A stretch of 24,000 bases of DNA from Acidimicrobiales bacterium (GCA_036570385.1 DATCYI010000031.1:1-24000); one strand, 5' to 3'; numbered from the stretch's first letter, positions 8,246 through 16,852 are shown. A program made the numbers and translations. Notes: a model not told the origin generated them from the sequence alone.

Positions 8246-9478
8246 GCACCGTCACCGGGTTCGACCCGTTCGCCGCCGAGGTCATCGACGACCCGTACCC
8301 GCACTACCGACGCCTGCGCGACGAAGCCCCGGTCTGCTGGATCGAAGAGGACGACCTGTGGATGGTGACCCGCTACGACGACGTCGCCGCGGTGCTCCAC
8401 GACCCCGCCACGTTCTCCTCGGCCGACGGCATGGGGGCGCTCATGTCCGGCCGCGTCGGCCGCCGTCGCATCGACGCTCGCGGCCTCTTCGGCCTCGACA
8501 TGCGAGAGCTTCGGGTGCTCATCGCCACGGACCCGCCGAACCACACCCGGCTGCGCCGGCTCCTGTCCCGAGCGTTCACCCCGCGGGCCATTGCCGAGCT
8601 CGAGCCGCACCTACGCCAGGTCTGTGCGGAGCTCGTCGACGACCTCCTGACCGCCACCGCCTCCGGCACCGGCGACCTCGTCGCCCAGCTGGCGTTCCCG
8701 TTCCCAGTCATCGTCATCGCCGAGCTGCTCGGCATCCCCCCCCGAGCGGCGCGACGACTTCAAGCGATGGTCCGACGCACTCGTCGGCGCACTGTCGGGC
8801 AACTGGAACCCCGTCGAGGCCCAGCAAACGCTGGCCGAGATGTTCATGTACCTCGCCGACGTCGTGGAGCGTCGCCGCCAGGAGCCAGGTGACGACCTCA
8901 TCAGCCGCCTCGTCGCAGGCGCCGACCCCGACGATCCCGACAGCCTCAGCCCCATCGAGATCACGCTGTTCGCGGTGCTGCTGCTCGTGGCCGGCAACGA
9001 GACCACCACCAACCTGCTCGGCAACGGCGCGGCAGCGTTTGCCGCCCACCCCGACCAGGCCGGCCTCCTTCGCTCCCGCCCCGATCTCCTGGGACCGGCC
9101 ATCGAGGAGGTCCTCCGCTGGGACGCGCCGGTCCAGGCCTTGTTCCGATCGACCACACGACCGGTCGCCCTCGCCGGCGTCGACCTGCCTGCGGGCGCCA
9201 TGGTCCTCGTGTCCTTCGCAGCCGCCAACCGGGACAGCCGCCACTTCCCCGATGCCGACCGCTTCGACATCGCCCGCCGTCCCAGCGACCACCTCGCCTT
9301 CGGGCACGGCATCCACCACTGCCTCGGCGCCTCCCTGGCCCGACTCGAAGCGCGCCTCGTCGGCGAAACCCTCGCCACCCGCGGCGTCCGCCTGCAGCCC
9401 GCACCCGGCGCCCGCCGGGTCGACAGCATGATCCTGCGCGGCTTCGCCAGCTACCCGGTCACCGCGACGGCGCGCTAG
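8242..9478 (+). pseudogene. Cytochrome P450 paralogue interrupted by a +1 frameshift in a C8 homopolymer (8736-8743)
   Basis: The N-terminal half is in the frame of track ORF 8071..8892 (MSTVTGFDPFAAEVIDDPYPHY...AELLGIPP). The C-terminal half is in the frame of ORF 8840..9478 (VAGNETTTN, EVLRWDAPV, FGHGIHHCLGASLAR). Removing one C restores ...LGIPPERRDDFKRWSDALVGALSGNWNPVEAQQTLAEMFMYL... and a 411-aa P450. ATGA overlap with the upstream P450. Confidence 0.8.
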
Positions 9479-9479
9479 C

Positions 9480-9500
9480 GTTTGGACGATGAGTCCAAAC
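9480..9500. promoter_or_regulatory. Perfect 8-bp inverted repeat GTTTGGAC-gatga-GTCCAAAC (candidate TetR operator or inter-cistronic hairpin)
   Basis: Read directly. It starts 2 nt after the P450 stop (9476-9478) and ends 33 nt before the TetR ATG (9533). It is unusually AT-rich for this genome. Confidence 0.4.
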
Positions 9501-9532
9501 ACGTTGTCGACACCGATGGCGCGGCACGATCG

Positions 9533-10144
9533 ATGAGCCCGCGCCAGGTCCCGCCCGGCCTCGCCGACAAGCTCACGTCCGCGGCTGGCGGGTTCGCGGT
9601 CGCGTTCGACGACATACGCATGGAAGACATCGCGTCGGCCAGCGGCATCCCGCGCGCCACCCTCTACTACTACTTCGCTGGCAAGGACGACGTGCTGGCG
9701 TTCCTGCTGCGGTCGATGCTCGACGACCTACAGGTCTCCGTCGACACCGCACTCGAGGTGCGCGGTGACACCCGAGCGCGGTTGCGCGCCGTCATGCGCG
9801 CGCAGTTCGGCCACCTCGCCGCGAACCCAGCAGCAGCACAGCTCCTGATCATGAACCTGGGCCGCGCCGGTCGCGTCGGCACCATCGCATCAGGGATCGA
9901 CGACGGCTTCCACGCCCCGGTCCGCCAGATCCTCGCCGAGGGTGTCGCCGCCGGCGACCTCGTCGACATCGACGTCGACGTGACCGCCGCCGCCCTGTTC
10001 GGCGCCGTCACCGTCGTTGGGCTCCGATCCCTGGTGAGCACCGGCACCGGCACCGTCGACGTCGACGCCACCACCGACCGGCTGTTCCCGGTGTTCTGGT
10101 CCGGCATGGCCGCCGCAGGCAAGACCCGGAGCATGAAGCGGTGA
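9533..10144 (+). CDS. TetR/AcrR family transcriptional regulator, ~203 aa
   Basis: Track ORF 9482..10144 (TTG). I prefer the in-frame ATG at 9533 because the TTG lies inside the palindrome. HTH: MEDIASASGIPRATLYYYFAGKDDVLAF. GTGA overlap with the next gene. Confidence 0.8.
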   Translation: MSPRQVPPGLADKLTSAAGGFAVAFDDIRMEDIASASGIPRATLYYYFAGKDDVLAFLLRSMLDDLQVSVDTALEVRGDTRARLRAVMRAQFGHLAANPAAAQLLIMNLGRAGRVGTIASGIDDGFHAPVRQILAEGVAAGDLVDIDVDVTAAALFGAVTVVGLRSLVSTGTGTVDVDATTDRLFPVFWSGMAAAGKTRSMKR

Positions 10145-11130
10145 GCGGTGTCCCGCTGGCGCCGGTGGTCGACCACCTGCCCGACGGCATCGTGCACGTC
10201 GCCCTGCCCACCCCGTTCCCGGTGGGACCGGTCAACTGCTACGTCCTGCTCGACGACCCGGTCACCGTCGTCGACCCGGGGATGATGTGGGCCGACAGCA
10301 CCCAGCTGCTCGAAGCCACGCTCGCCGCCCACGGGCGCACCCTCGGCGAGGTCGCACAGGTGCTGATCACCCACGGCCACCCCGACCACTTCGGCGCCGC
10401 CGGTTGGCTCGCCGGCACCGCCGATGCCAGCGTCGTTTGCGGACGGGCCGAGGTCCCCAAGATCACCCAGGCCACCGATCGGCCCTCGATGGTCGACGTC
10501 ATCGAGCGACTCGGCATCCCCAACACGATGCATGACACGTTCCGCGCCTTCTACGAAGGCGTCCAACAGATGTCCCACCCCATCGACGCCCGCCGTCTTC
10601 GCCTTCTCGACGACGGCGACACCCTCCCCGCCGGCGGACGGGACTGGCAGGTCCACGTCACCCCCGGCCACTCCGTCGGCCACGTCTCCCTCTACGAACC
10701 CGACGAACGGGTCCTGCTCTCCGGCGACCACCTGCTCGCCTGCATCACCCCGAACCCTGTCCTCGAACCCGACCCGGACACCGTCGACGGGCGCCGGCGC
10801 AGCCTTGTCGAGTACCTCGCCTCCCTCGAGCGGTTCATCCGCCTCGACCCGCTCCTTGTCCTGCCCGGCCACGGCCCCCGGTTCCAGGACGTGCCCGCGC
10901 TGACCGAGGCGATGCGTCACCACCACGACAGCCGAGCCGACGAGATCCTCGAGGTCATCCGCCGGCTCGGCGAGGCCACCCCGTACGAGCTGTCCGGCGA
11001 GCTGTTCCCCCACATCCGCGACTTCTCAATCATGCTCGGCGTCTCCGAGGTCGTCGGACACCTCGACCTCCTGGAGGACGACGGCAAGCTCGTACGTCGA
11101 GGCCACCCCCACCGATACACCGCGGCATGA
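10141..11130 (+). CDS. MBL-fold metallo-hydrolase, 329 aa
   Basis: HxHxDH motif (ITHGHPDHFGAAGW), later TPGHSVGH and LPGHG. GTG start overlaps the TetR stop. Confidence 0.85.
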   Translation: MSGVPLAPVVDHLPDGIVHVALPTPFPVGPVNCYVLLDDPVTVVDPGMMWADSTQLLEATLAAHGRTLGEVAQVLITHGHPDHFGAAGWLAGTADASVVCGRAEVPKITQATDRPSMVDVIERLGIPNTMHDTFRAFYEGVQQMSHPIDARRLRLLDDGDTLPAGGRDWQVHVTPGHSVGHVSLYEPDERVLLSGDHLLACITPNPVLEPDPDTVDGRRRSLVEYLASLERFIRLDPLLVLPGHGPRFQDVPALTEAMRHHHDSRADEILEVIRRLGEATPYELSGELFPHIRDFSIMLGVSEVVGHLDLLEDDGKLVRRGHPHRYTAA

Positions 11131-11585
11131 CCGACACCTCCACGCCTCGACCCGCCTTCGAGACCTTCGACCCCGCCGTTGCCGAATTGATGACGACCGC
11201 GGCCGGCGAGATGGGCGGCATCCCCGACTACCTCGCCATCCGCACCGTCGAGGTCGGACCCGGCACCATGACCGCGGAGCTCGACGTCCGCCCCGAGCTC
11301 CTCAACCCGTTCGGCTCCGCCCACGGCGGCACCCTCGCTGCGCTCGCCGATCACGTCCTCGGCGCTGTCCTCTACCCCCTCATCCCTCGTGGCGCGTGGG
11401 CGGCTACCACCGAGCTGAAGCTCAACTTCCTCGCCCCCGTCCGCTCGGGGGTCCTGCGTGCCCGATCCGAGGTGATCTCGCTCACGAAGCGCACCGCCGT
11501 TGTCCGCATCGACGCCACCAACGACGGCCGGCTGGTGGGCGCCGCGCAGGGAACCGTCACCATCAGCGCACCGAAGGCGCCCTGA
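11127..11585 (+). CDS. PaaI-family hotdog-fold thioesterase, 152 aa
   Basis: LNPFGSAHGGTLAALADHVLGAV, followed by a TTELKLNFLAPV... core. ATGA overlap with the MBL gene. Confidence 0.8.
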   Translation: MTDTSTPRPAFETFDPAVAELMTTAAGEMGGIPDYLAIRTVEVGPGTMTAELDVRPELLNPFGSAHGGTLAALADHVLGAVLYPLIPRGAWAATTELKLNFLAPVRSGVLRARSEVISLTKRTAVVRIDATNDGRLVGAAQGTVTISAPKAP

Positions 11586-11587
11586 AC

Positions 11588-12673
11588 GTGAAGTTCGACC
11601 TCATGACCGGCGGCCTCCCGCTAGCCCGCATGCAACATCTCGCACGCGACGCCGACGCCGCCGGGTTCTCCGGCATCGTGGTCACCGAAGCTGGCCGCAC
11701 CGCCTACCTCGGATGTGCCGCTGCCGCGCTCGCCGCAGAGATCGAGATCCTCACCGGCGTCGCAGTGGCCTTCCCCCGCAGCCCCATGGTCACTGCCCAG
11801 GTGGCGTGGGAGCTCGCCGAAGCGACCAACGGCCGGTTCCGCCTCGGCCTGGGCACCCAGGTCCGCGCCCACATCGAACGTCGCTACGGAGCCGAGTTCG
11901 ATCATCCCGGCCCCCGACTACGCGAGTACGTAGGCGCCATCCGCTCGGCGTTCTCCGCCTTCCGCGGCGACCGACTGCACCACGAGGGGGAGTTCTGGAA
12001 GCTCTCGCTCCTCCCCGCGATGTGGTCGCCGGGAGCGATCGCCGTGCCGGACCCGCCGATCGACCTCGCCGCGGTCAATCCGTGGATGCTGCGCATGGCC
12101 GGCGAGGTCGCGGACGGCATCCATGTCCACCCCCTCAACACCCCCATCTACTTGCGCGACACCGTCGCCCCCAACCTCGAGGCCGGCGCGTCCACTGCCG
12201 GTCGGTCGCCAGCTGACCTTGAGGTCATCGTGCCCACCTTCGCGGCTCCCGGCTCGACCAGCGACGAAGTGCAGGAATGGCGTGAGCTGGCCCGCATGCA
12301 AGTCGCCTTCTACGGGTCGACCCCCAACTATGCGTTCATCTTCGACCAGCTCGACAGGGAAGACACCACCGCCCGCCTTCGGGAACGACAGACGGCCGGG
12401 GACCTCGCCGGCATGGCTGCGGTGATCGACGACGACCTTCTCGAGCCCTTCTGCGTCAGCGGCGAGTGGGCCCAGGTCGCCGACAACCTGATCGAGCGGT
12501 ACCAGGGGACCGCTACTCGAATCGTCTCCTACTTCGCTGGCATGGCCTGGGCGCGAGATGAACACGCCCTCGGCGCGTGGGGCGAGCTCGCCCGTGCCAT
12601 ACGGGCTGCCAACCCCGCCGAGGCTCCGGACGTGACCTCCGTCGTGACCCCGTCCGCGGACGCCGCCCGATGA
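11588..12673 (+). CDS. LLM-class (luciferase-like) flavin/F420-dependent oxidoreductase, ~361 aa
   Basis: GTG 11588 lies 2 nt after the thioesterase stop, in-frame inside track ORF 11396..12673. The sequence FPRSPMVTAQVAWELAEATNGRFRLGLGTQVRAHIERRYG...PRLREYVGAIRSAF resembles the actinobacterial probable-F420 LLM subgroup. Cofactor assignment is inferred from family only. Confidence 0.8.
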   Translation: MKFDLMTGGLPLARMQHLARDADAAGFSGIVVTEAGRTAYLGCAAAALAAEIEILTGVAVAFPRSPMVTAQVAWELAEATNGRFRLGLGTQVRAHIERRYGAEFDHPGPRLREYVGAIRSAFSAFRGDRLHHEGEFWKLSLLPAMWSPGAIAVPDPPIDLAAVNPWMLRMAGEVADGIHVHPLNTPIYLRDTVAPNLEAGASTAGRSPADLEVIVPTFAAPGSTSDEVQEWRELARMQVAFYGSTPNYAFIFDQLDREDTTARLRERQTAGDLAGMAAVIDDDLLEPFCVSGEWAQVADNLIERYQGTATRIVSYFAGMAWARDEHALGAWGELARAIRAANPAEAPDVTSVVTPSADAAR

Positions 12674-12870
12674 GCCCCCGACACGACCACGAGCCCGTCC
12701 GATCCGAGATGGTGCGTGTCCCCGGCGCCGCCCCGCGGTTCCGGCCCCGCTGCCGCTGCGGGTGGACCGGTGATCCCATGGACGCCAGCGCCGTCGTGCT
12801 CGCCGTCGATGCTCACATCGAACAGGCCCTGCGGCATCCCCAGGTGCCGGACACGGACGAACGCGGCTGA
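12670..12870 (+). CDS. Small (66 aa) uncharacterised protein with an RCxCGW ... H-x6-H motif
   Basis: In-frame ATG inside track ORF 12577..12870. ATGA overlap with the LLM stop, and its TGA overlaps the MMPL ATG (TGATG at 12868-12872). Strong GC3. A paralogue is encoded at 15339-15536. Confidence 0.65.
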   Translation: MSPRHDHEPVRSEMVRVPGAAPRFRPRCRCGWTGDPMDASAVVLAVDAHIEQALRHPQVPDTDERG

Positions 12871-15335
12871 TGTTCAACCGGTTCGTCCACGCCATCGAAG
12901 GTCGCGCCCGGTGGGTGATCGCCGCGTGGGTGGCCGCCGCGGTGGCGATGACGTTGGCGGCGCCGTCGCTGAACGAGGTCGGATCCCAGGACACCGCCGA
13001 CTTCCTCCCGGCCGACGCGCCGTCGCAGCAGGCGGATCGGATCCTCGCCGATCTGTTCCCCGACGACCCCACCCGAGAGGCGGCCATCATCGTCGTCGCC
13101 CGCGAGGGCGGCCTCACCGACGCCGACCGCACCTACATCGGACAGGTCGCCGAGGACCTCCGCTCGCCGTCGTTCGCCGATGACATCAGCGGCGTGCAGA
13201 CCGTCGCCACCGATCCCGACCTCGGCCCCTTCCTGCGATCCGAGGACGGCGCCGCCGAGCTGATGGTGGCCAGCATGCGTCGGGCCCCGTTCTCCACCAA
13301 CGGGACCCAGGCGGTCGAGGACCTCCGCAACCACCTCGAGACCACCGCCCCCGACGGTGTGCAGGCCCATGTGACCGGCATCGCCGGCCTCGCTGCCGAC
13401 CAGGCCGCCGGCGTGGTCGAGTCCTTCGACCGCACGGCGATCGTCACCGTCATCCTGGTGCTGATCATCCTGCTGGCCATCTACCGCTCCGTCGTCGCCG
13501 CACTGATCCCGCTGCTCACGATCGGGCTGGCCTTCGGGGTCTCCAACGGGGTCGTCGCCTACATCGCCGACGCCGGGCTGAAGGTCAACACCATGGTCGG
13601 CACCTTCTTGGTGGTGATGATCTTCGGTGCCGGCACCGACTACTGCTTGTTCCTCACCTCCCGCTACCGCGAAGATCTGGTCGCCGGCGACCCCATCGCT
13701 GTCACCGTCGTTCGCAGCACCAAGGTGATCGGCGCCGTCATCGCGGCGTCGGCGGCCACCGTGATCGTCGGGTTCTCATCGATGATCACCGCCGACTTCG
13801 GGATCTTCAAGACGATGGGCCCCGCCATCGGCATCGCCATCGCCGTCACCCTCGTTGCCGGCCTCACCCTCACCCCCGCCCTGTTGAGCGTCGCCGGCGA
13901 ACACGCCTTCTGGCCCCGACCACTCGCCGTCCTTCGCGCCACCAGTGACGAGGGCTCCGCCCGCTGGGCACGAGTGGCCGACGTGGTCCGGCGACGACCA
14001 GCCGAGGTGCTCCTCGCCGGGCTCATCGCCTTGATCGTCCCCGCCGCCGGGCTCGGCTGGTACGAGCAGTCCTTCGACCTCGTCCGCGACCTTCCCGCCG
14101 GCGCCGACGCCCGCGACGGGTTCGACACCGTCGCCGCCCACTACGCCGGCGGCACCATCTCGCCCGTCTACGTCGTCGTCACCGCCAACGGCCCCATCCT
14201 CGACGACGAGCACCTCGCCGCAGTCGACCAGCTCACCGACGCCCTGCGCAGCCAGCCCGGCGTCGGTCAGGTCCGCTCTGTCACCCAACCCGCCGGCGCC
14301 CCCCTCACCACCGCGAACCTCGGCACCCTCACCGGCGGCGCCACCGACCCCGCCGCCCTCGGCTTCGACCCCGCCACCACCGACCTCACCCCGTTCCTCG
14401 ACGGGCTCGCCTCCCCGGAAGGTCTGCGCCTCACCGGGCCGCTCCTGCGTCAGTACCCGCAGCTCACCGAACGCCTCGGCCTCCTGCTCGGCACCGACGG
14501 CGCCACCACCCGGCTCATCGTCGCCCTCGACGGCAACCCCTACGACAACAGCGCCCTCGACGTCATCACCACCATCGACGAGAACACCCGAGCCGCCCTC
14601 GACGGCACCGCCCTCACCGACGCCGACATCGCCGTGGGCGGGCCGTCGAGCTTCTACGCCGACATGCGCCAGATCAGCAACGACGACTTCAAGCTCATCG
14701 TGGTCGTCATCCTCGCCGCCATCTTCATCGTGCTCGCCCTCCTGCTCCGCTCGCTCGTCGCACCGCTGTACCTGCTCGCCACTGTCGTCCTGTCCTACGC
14801 CGCCACCATGGGCATCACCGTCGCCGTGTTCCAAGGGCTCCTCGGCGACCCCGGCATCACCTTCTGGCTGGCACCGTTCCTGTTCGTGATCCTCGTGGCC
14901 CTCGGCGCTGACTACAACATCTTCATCATGAGCCGCATCCGCGAGGAAGCGGACGCCGGCCACGAGATCCACATCGCCGTCAGCCGCGGCGTCACCCTCA
15001 CCGGACGCGTGATCACCTCCGCCGGGCTCATCCTCGCCGGCACCTTCGCCGCCCTGCTCCTGGCGCCACTGCCCAACCTCCGCCAGATCGGCTTCGGTGT
15101 CACGGTCGGGATCCTCATCGACACCTTCCTGGTCCGATCCCTCCTGGTCCCCGCCGCCACCATGCTCCTGGGCCGCTGGGCCTTTTGGCCCCGACCACCC
15201 GGAACCAATGCACGAACGGACCGAGCGGACGACAACCACCTCCTCGGCACGCCAGCGGCCGTCGAGCCGGCCGCCACCCCGCGCACGCCCGCTGCCGCAC
15301 CTCGCCGGCAACCACAGACGGCCGGACAACGCTGA
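12870..15335 (+). CDS. MMPL family (RND superfamily) transporter, 821 aa
   Basis: Two 6-TM bundles with GAGTDYCLFLTSRYRE and LGADYNIFIMSRIREE motifs. MMPL-type N-terminus (FLPADAPSQQADRIL...FP). Low-complexity Pro/Ala tail. Confidence 0.92.
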   Translation: MFNRFVHAIEGRARWVIAAWVAAAVAMTLAAPSLNEVGSQDTADFLPADAPSQQADRILADLFPDDPTREAAIIVVAREGGLTDADRTYIGQVAEDLRSPSFADDISGVQTVATDPDLGPFLRSEDGAAELMVASMRRAPFSTNGTQAVEDLRNHLETTAPDGVQAHVTGIAGLAADQAAGVVESFDRTAIVTVILVLIILLAIYRSVVAALIPLLTIGLAFGVSNGVVAYIADAGLKVNTMVGTFLVVMIFGAGTDYCLFLTSRYREDLVAGDPIAVTVVRSTKVIGAVIAASAATVIVGFSSMITADFGIFKTMGPAIGIAIAVTLVAGLTLTPALLSVAGEHAFWPRPLAVLRATSDEGSARWARVADVVRRRPAEVLLAGLIALIVPAAGLGWYEQSFDLVRDLPAGADARDGFDTVAAHYAGGTISPVYVVVTANGPILDDEHLAAVDQLTDALRSQPGVGQVRSVTQPAGAPLTTANLGTLTGGATDPAALGFDPATTDLTPFLDGLASPEGLRLTGPLLRQYPQLTERLGLLLGTDGATTRLIVALDGNPYDNSALDVITTIDENTRAALDGTALTDADIAVGGPSSFYADMRQISNDDFKLIVVVILAAIFIVLALLLRSLVAPLYLLATVVLSYAATMGITVAVFQGLLGDPGITFWLAPFLFVILVALGADYNIFIMSRIREEADAGHEIHIAVSRGVTLTGRVITSAGLILAGTFAALLLAPLPNLRQIGFGVTVGILIDTFLVRSLLVPAATMLLGRWAFWPRPPGTNARTDRADDNHLLGTPAAVEPAATPRTPAAAPRRQPQTAGQR

Positions 15336-15338
15336 GCC

Positions 15339-16772
15339 ATGCGCGATCCCGATCAGTCACACCAGATGCAGCCAATCGTCCGCAGTCCCGACGGCTCCGG
15401 ATTGATCGCCCGCTGTTCGTGCGGTTGGCAGTCGCCCCCGCGCTCCAACGGCGAGTTCGCCCACCAGGCCTGGGAACGCCACGCCCCGCGACCGCGCCAA
15501 CCCGGCTGGACCAGACAAGAAACGACAGGGGGACCCATGACCGCTTCAGTGCACGACCTCGAACTGCCCGAGGTTGATGTGTTCAACCTCGACCGAACAG
15601 CGGCCATCGCCGCGTTCGAAGCAGCCGGCCAGCAGCACTGGCTCGCCCGCGTCCCGCTCGGCTACGCCGTCACGCGCTACGAGGACGTCACCGCCGTCCT
15701 GCGCGACCGGCGCTTCCACTCCGCCCTGTCGCTGCTACCCCAGATGTCCGGCATCGAAGGTCCCATGCGCGACCGCCAAGAGCGGTCCATCCTCGCCACC
15801 GAAGGCGCTGAGCACACCCGGCTCCGCCGGCTCGCGTCCCCCGCCTTCACCCCCAAGGCCACCGACCGCCTCCGCCCCTTCATGCGCCAGGTCATCGGAG
15901 ACCTCCTCGACCAAGTCGCCCCTGCTGGCACGTGCGAGCTCGTCGGCGACATCTGCGAGCCCTATCCGATCCCCATCATCTGCGAGCTCCTCGGCGCCCC
16001 CAAAGAGGACTGGAAGCTGTTCTCGGACTGGGCCACCAACATCTTCCGGATCTTCAACAACGACATCGCCCACGATCTCCCGGCCATCGAAGCGGCCATG
16101 GCCGGACTCGACGGCTACGTCCGTGCGATGGTCGAAGAGCGCCGCCACCGCCCCGCCGACGACCTCCTCAGCCACATGATCGCCGTCGAAGAAGAAGGCG
16201 ACCGGCTCAGCACCGACGAGCTCGTCATGATGACCGAAGCCGTGCTCATGGCCGGCACCGACACCACCCGCAACCAGCTCGCCTGCTCCATCGCCCTCTT
16301 CGCAGAACACCCCGACCAGTGGGCCCGCCTCGTCGCCGAACCCGAGCTCGCCCCGCGAGCCGTCGAGGAGACCATGCGACTCCTCGGCACCGTCCGCGGA
16401 ACCGCACGCGTCGCGTCCGAGGACATCGACCTCCACGACATCACCTTTCCGGCCGGCACGCTCGTGATGACCAGCCTCGCCGCCGCCAACCACGACCCCG
16501 ACATCTGGGACGACCCGCACCGCTTCGACATCACCCGCGAGCCGAGCACCTCTCCACAGATGACCTTCGGCACCGGCATCCACTTCTGCCTCGGAGCCTC
16601 ACTTGCCCGGGCTGAGCTCCAAGAGGCACTCCCGCTCCTCGCCAGCCGCATGCCCGGGCTCACCCTCGATGGTCCGATCGAATGGAAGCCACCCACCGTA
16701 GGGATCTGGGGGCCCAGCCGACTCCCGCTGCGATTCACCCCAGCGACAACCGGCAGCTCACCCGCGGCTTGA
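15339..16772 (+). CDS. Cytochrome P450 with a 66-aa N-terminal CxCGW extension (477 aa; alternative P450-only start at ATG 15537, 411 aa)
   Basis: P450 motifs: MAGTDTTRNQL, EETMRL, FGTGIHFCLGASLARAEL. ATG 15339 is 3 nt after the MMPL stop and opens an in-frame segment (ARCSCGWQSPPRSNGEFAHQAWERH) paralogous to 12670-12870. ATG 15537 has its own GGGGGA Shine-Dalgarno-like run, so both products are possible. Confidence 0.85.
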   Translation: MRDPDQSHQMQPIVRSPDGSGLIARCSCGWQSPPRSNGEFAHQAWERHAPRPRQPGWTRQETTGGPMTASVHDLELPEVDVFNLDRTAAIAAFEAAGQQHWLARVPLGYAVTRYEDVTAVLRDRRFHSALSLLPQMSGIEGPMRDRQERSILATEGAEHTRLRRLASPAFTPKATDRLRPFMRQVIGDLLDQVAPAGTCELVGDICEPYPIPIICELLGAPKEDWKLFSDWATNIFRIFNNDIAHDLPAIEAAMAGLDGYVRAMVEERRHRPADDLLSHMIAVEEEGDRLSTDELVMMTEAVLMAGTDTTRNQLACSIALFAEHPDQWARLVAEPELAPRAVEETMRLLGTVRGTARVASEDIDLHDITFPAGTLVMTSLAAANHDPDIWDDPHRFDITREPSTSPQMTFGTGIHFCLGASLARAELQEALPLLASRMPGLTLDGPIEWKPPTVGIWGPSRLPLRFTPATTGSSPAA

Positions 16773-16822
16773 CCCTGTCCGCCTCGGGTCGACACTGGGA
16801 GCGGGCCGCGGGCGCCGAATGG

Positions 16823-16852
16823 CGGGACTGTCGGATCAACGGTGTAACTGGC
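16823..16852 (+). repeat. IS256-family left terminal inverted repeat
   Basis: CGGGACTGTCGGATCAACGGTGTAACTGGC aligns with the reverse complement of 19688-19717 (CGGGACTGTCCGGCTAACGGTGTAAACGGC): about 27 matching positions, a few 1-nt gaps and 1 mismatch. Confidence 0.75.

Noticed and set aside
9497-9508. KstR-like sterol-regulon operator core AACacGTT next to the 9480-9500 palindrome
   Set aside because: Only the AAC-nn-GTT core matches. The flanking T and A positions of the TnnAACnnGTTnnA consensus are both absent, so the match is too weak to call.
12670-12870. The small CxCGW ORF as a P450 ferredoxin partner or a RiPP precursor
   Set aside because: It has only two Cys (3Fe-4S or 4Fe-4S ferredoxins and rubredoxins need 3-4 in fixed spacing). 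The conserved motif is central rather than a C-terminal core peptide. No support for either idea beyond proximity to P450 genes.
13776-15329. 517-aa minus-strand ORF antisense to the MMPL gene; likewise 9670..11013 (minus), 16115..17383 (minus), 6932..8086 (minus), 7621..8610 (minus), 11918..13132 (minus) and 5809..6426 (minus)
   Set aside because: Gly/Asp/Glu/Val- or Arg/Ser-rich mirror translations of strongly supported sense genes. No motifs and no plausible starts or ribosome-binding sites.
16811-16823. Search for an 8-9 bp target-site duplication flanking the IS256-like element (left ...ccgaatggc, right ggtgcaggt...)
   Set aside because: No match was found at any reasonable boundary offset. 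The duplication has either decayed or been lost by rearrangement, so no duplication is reported.
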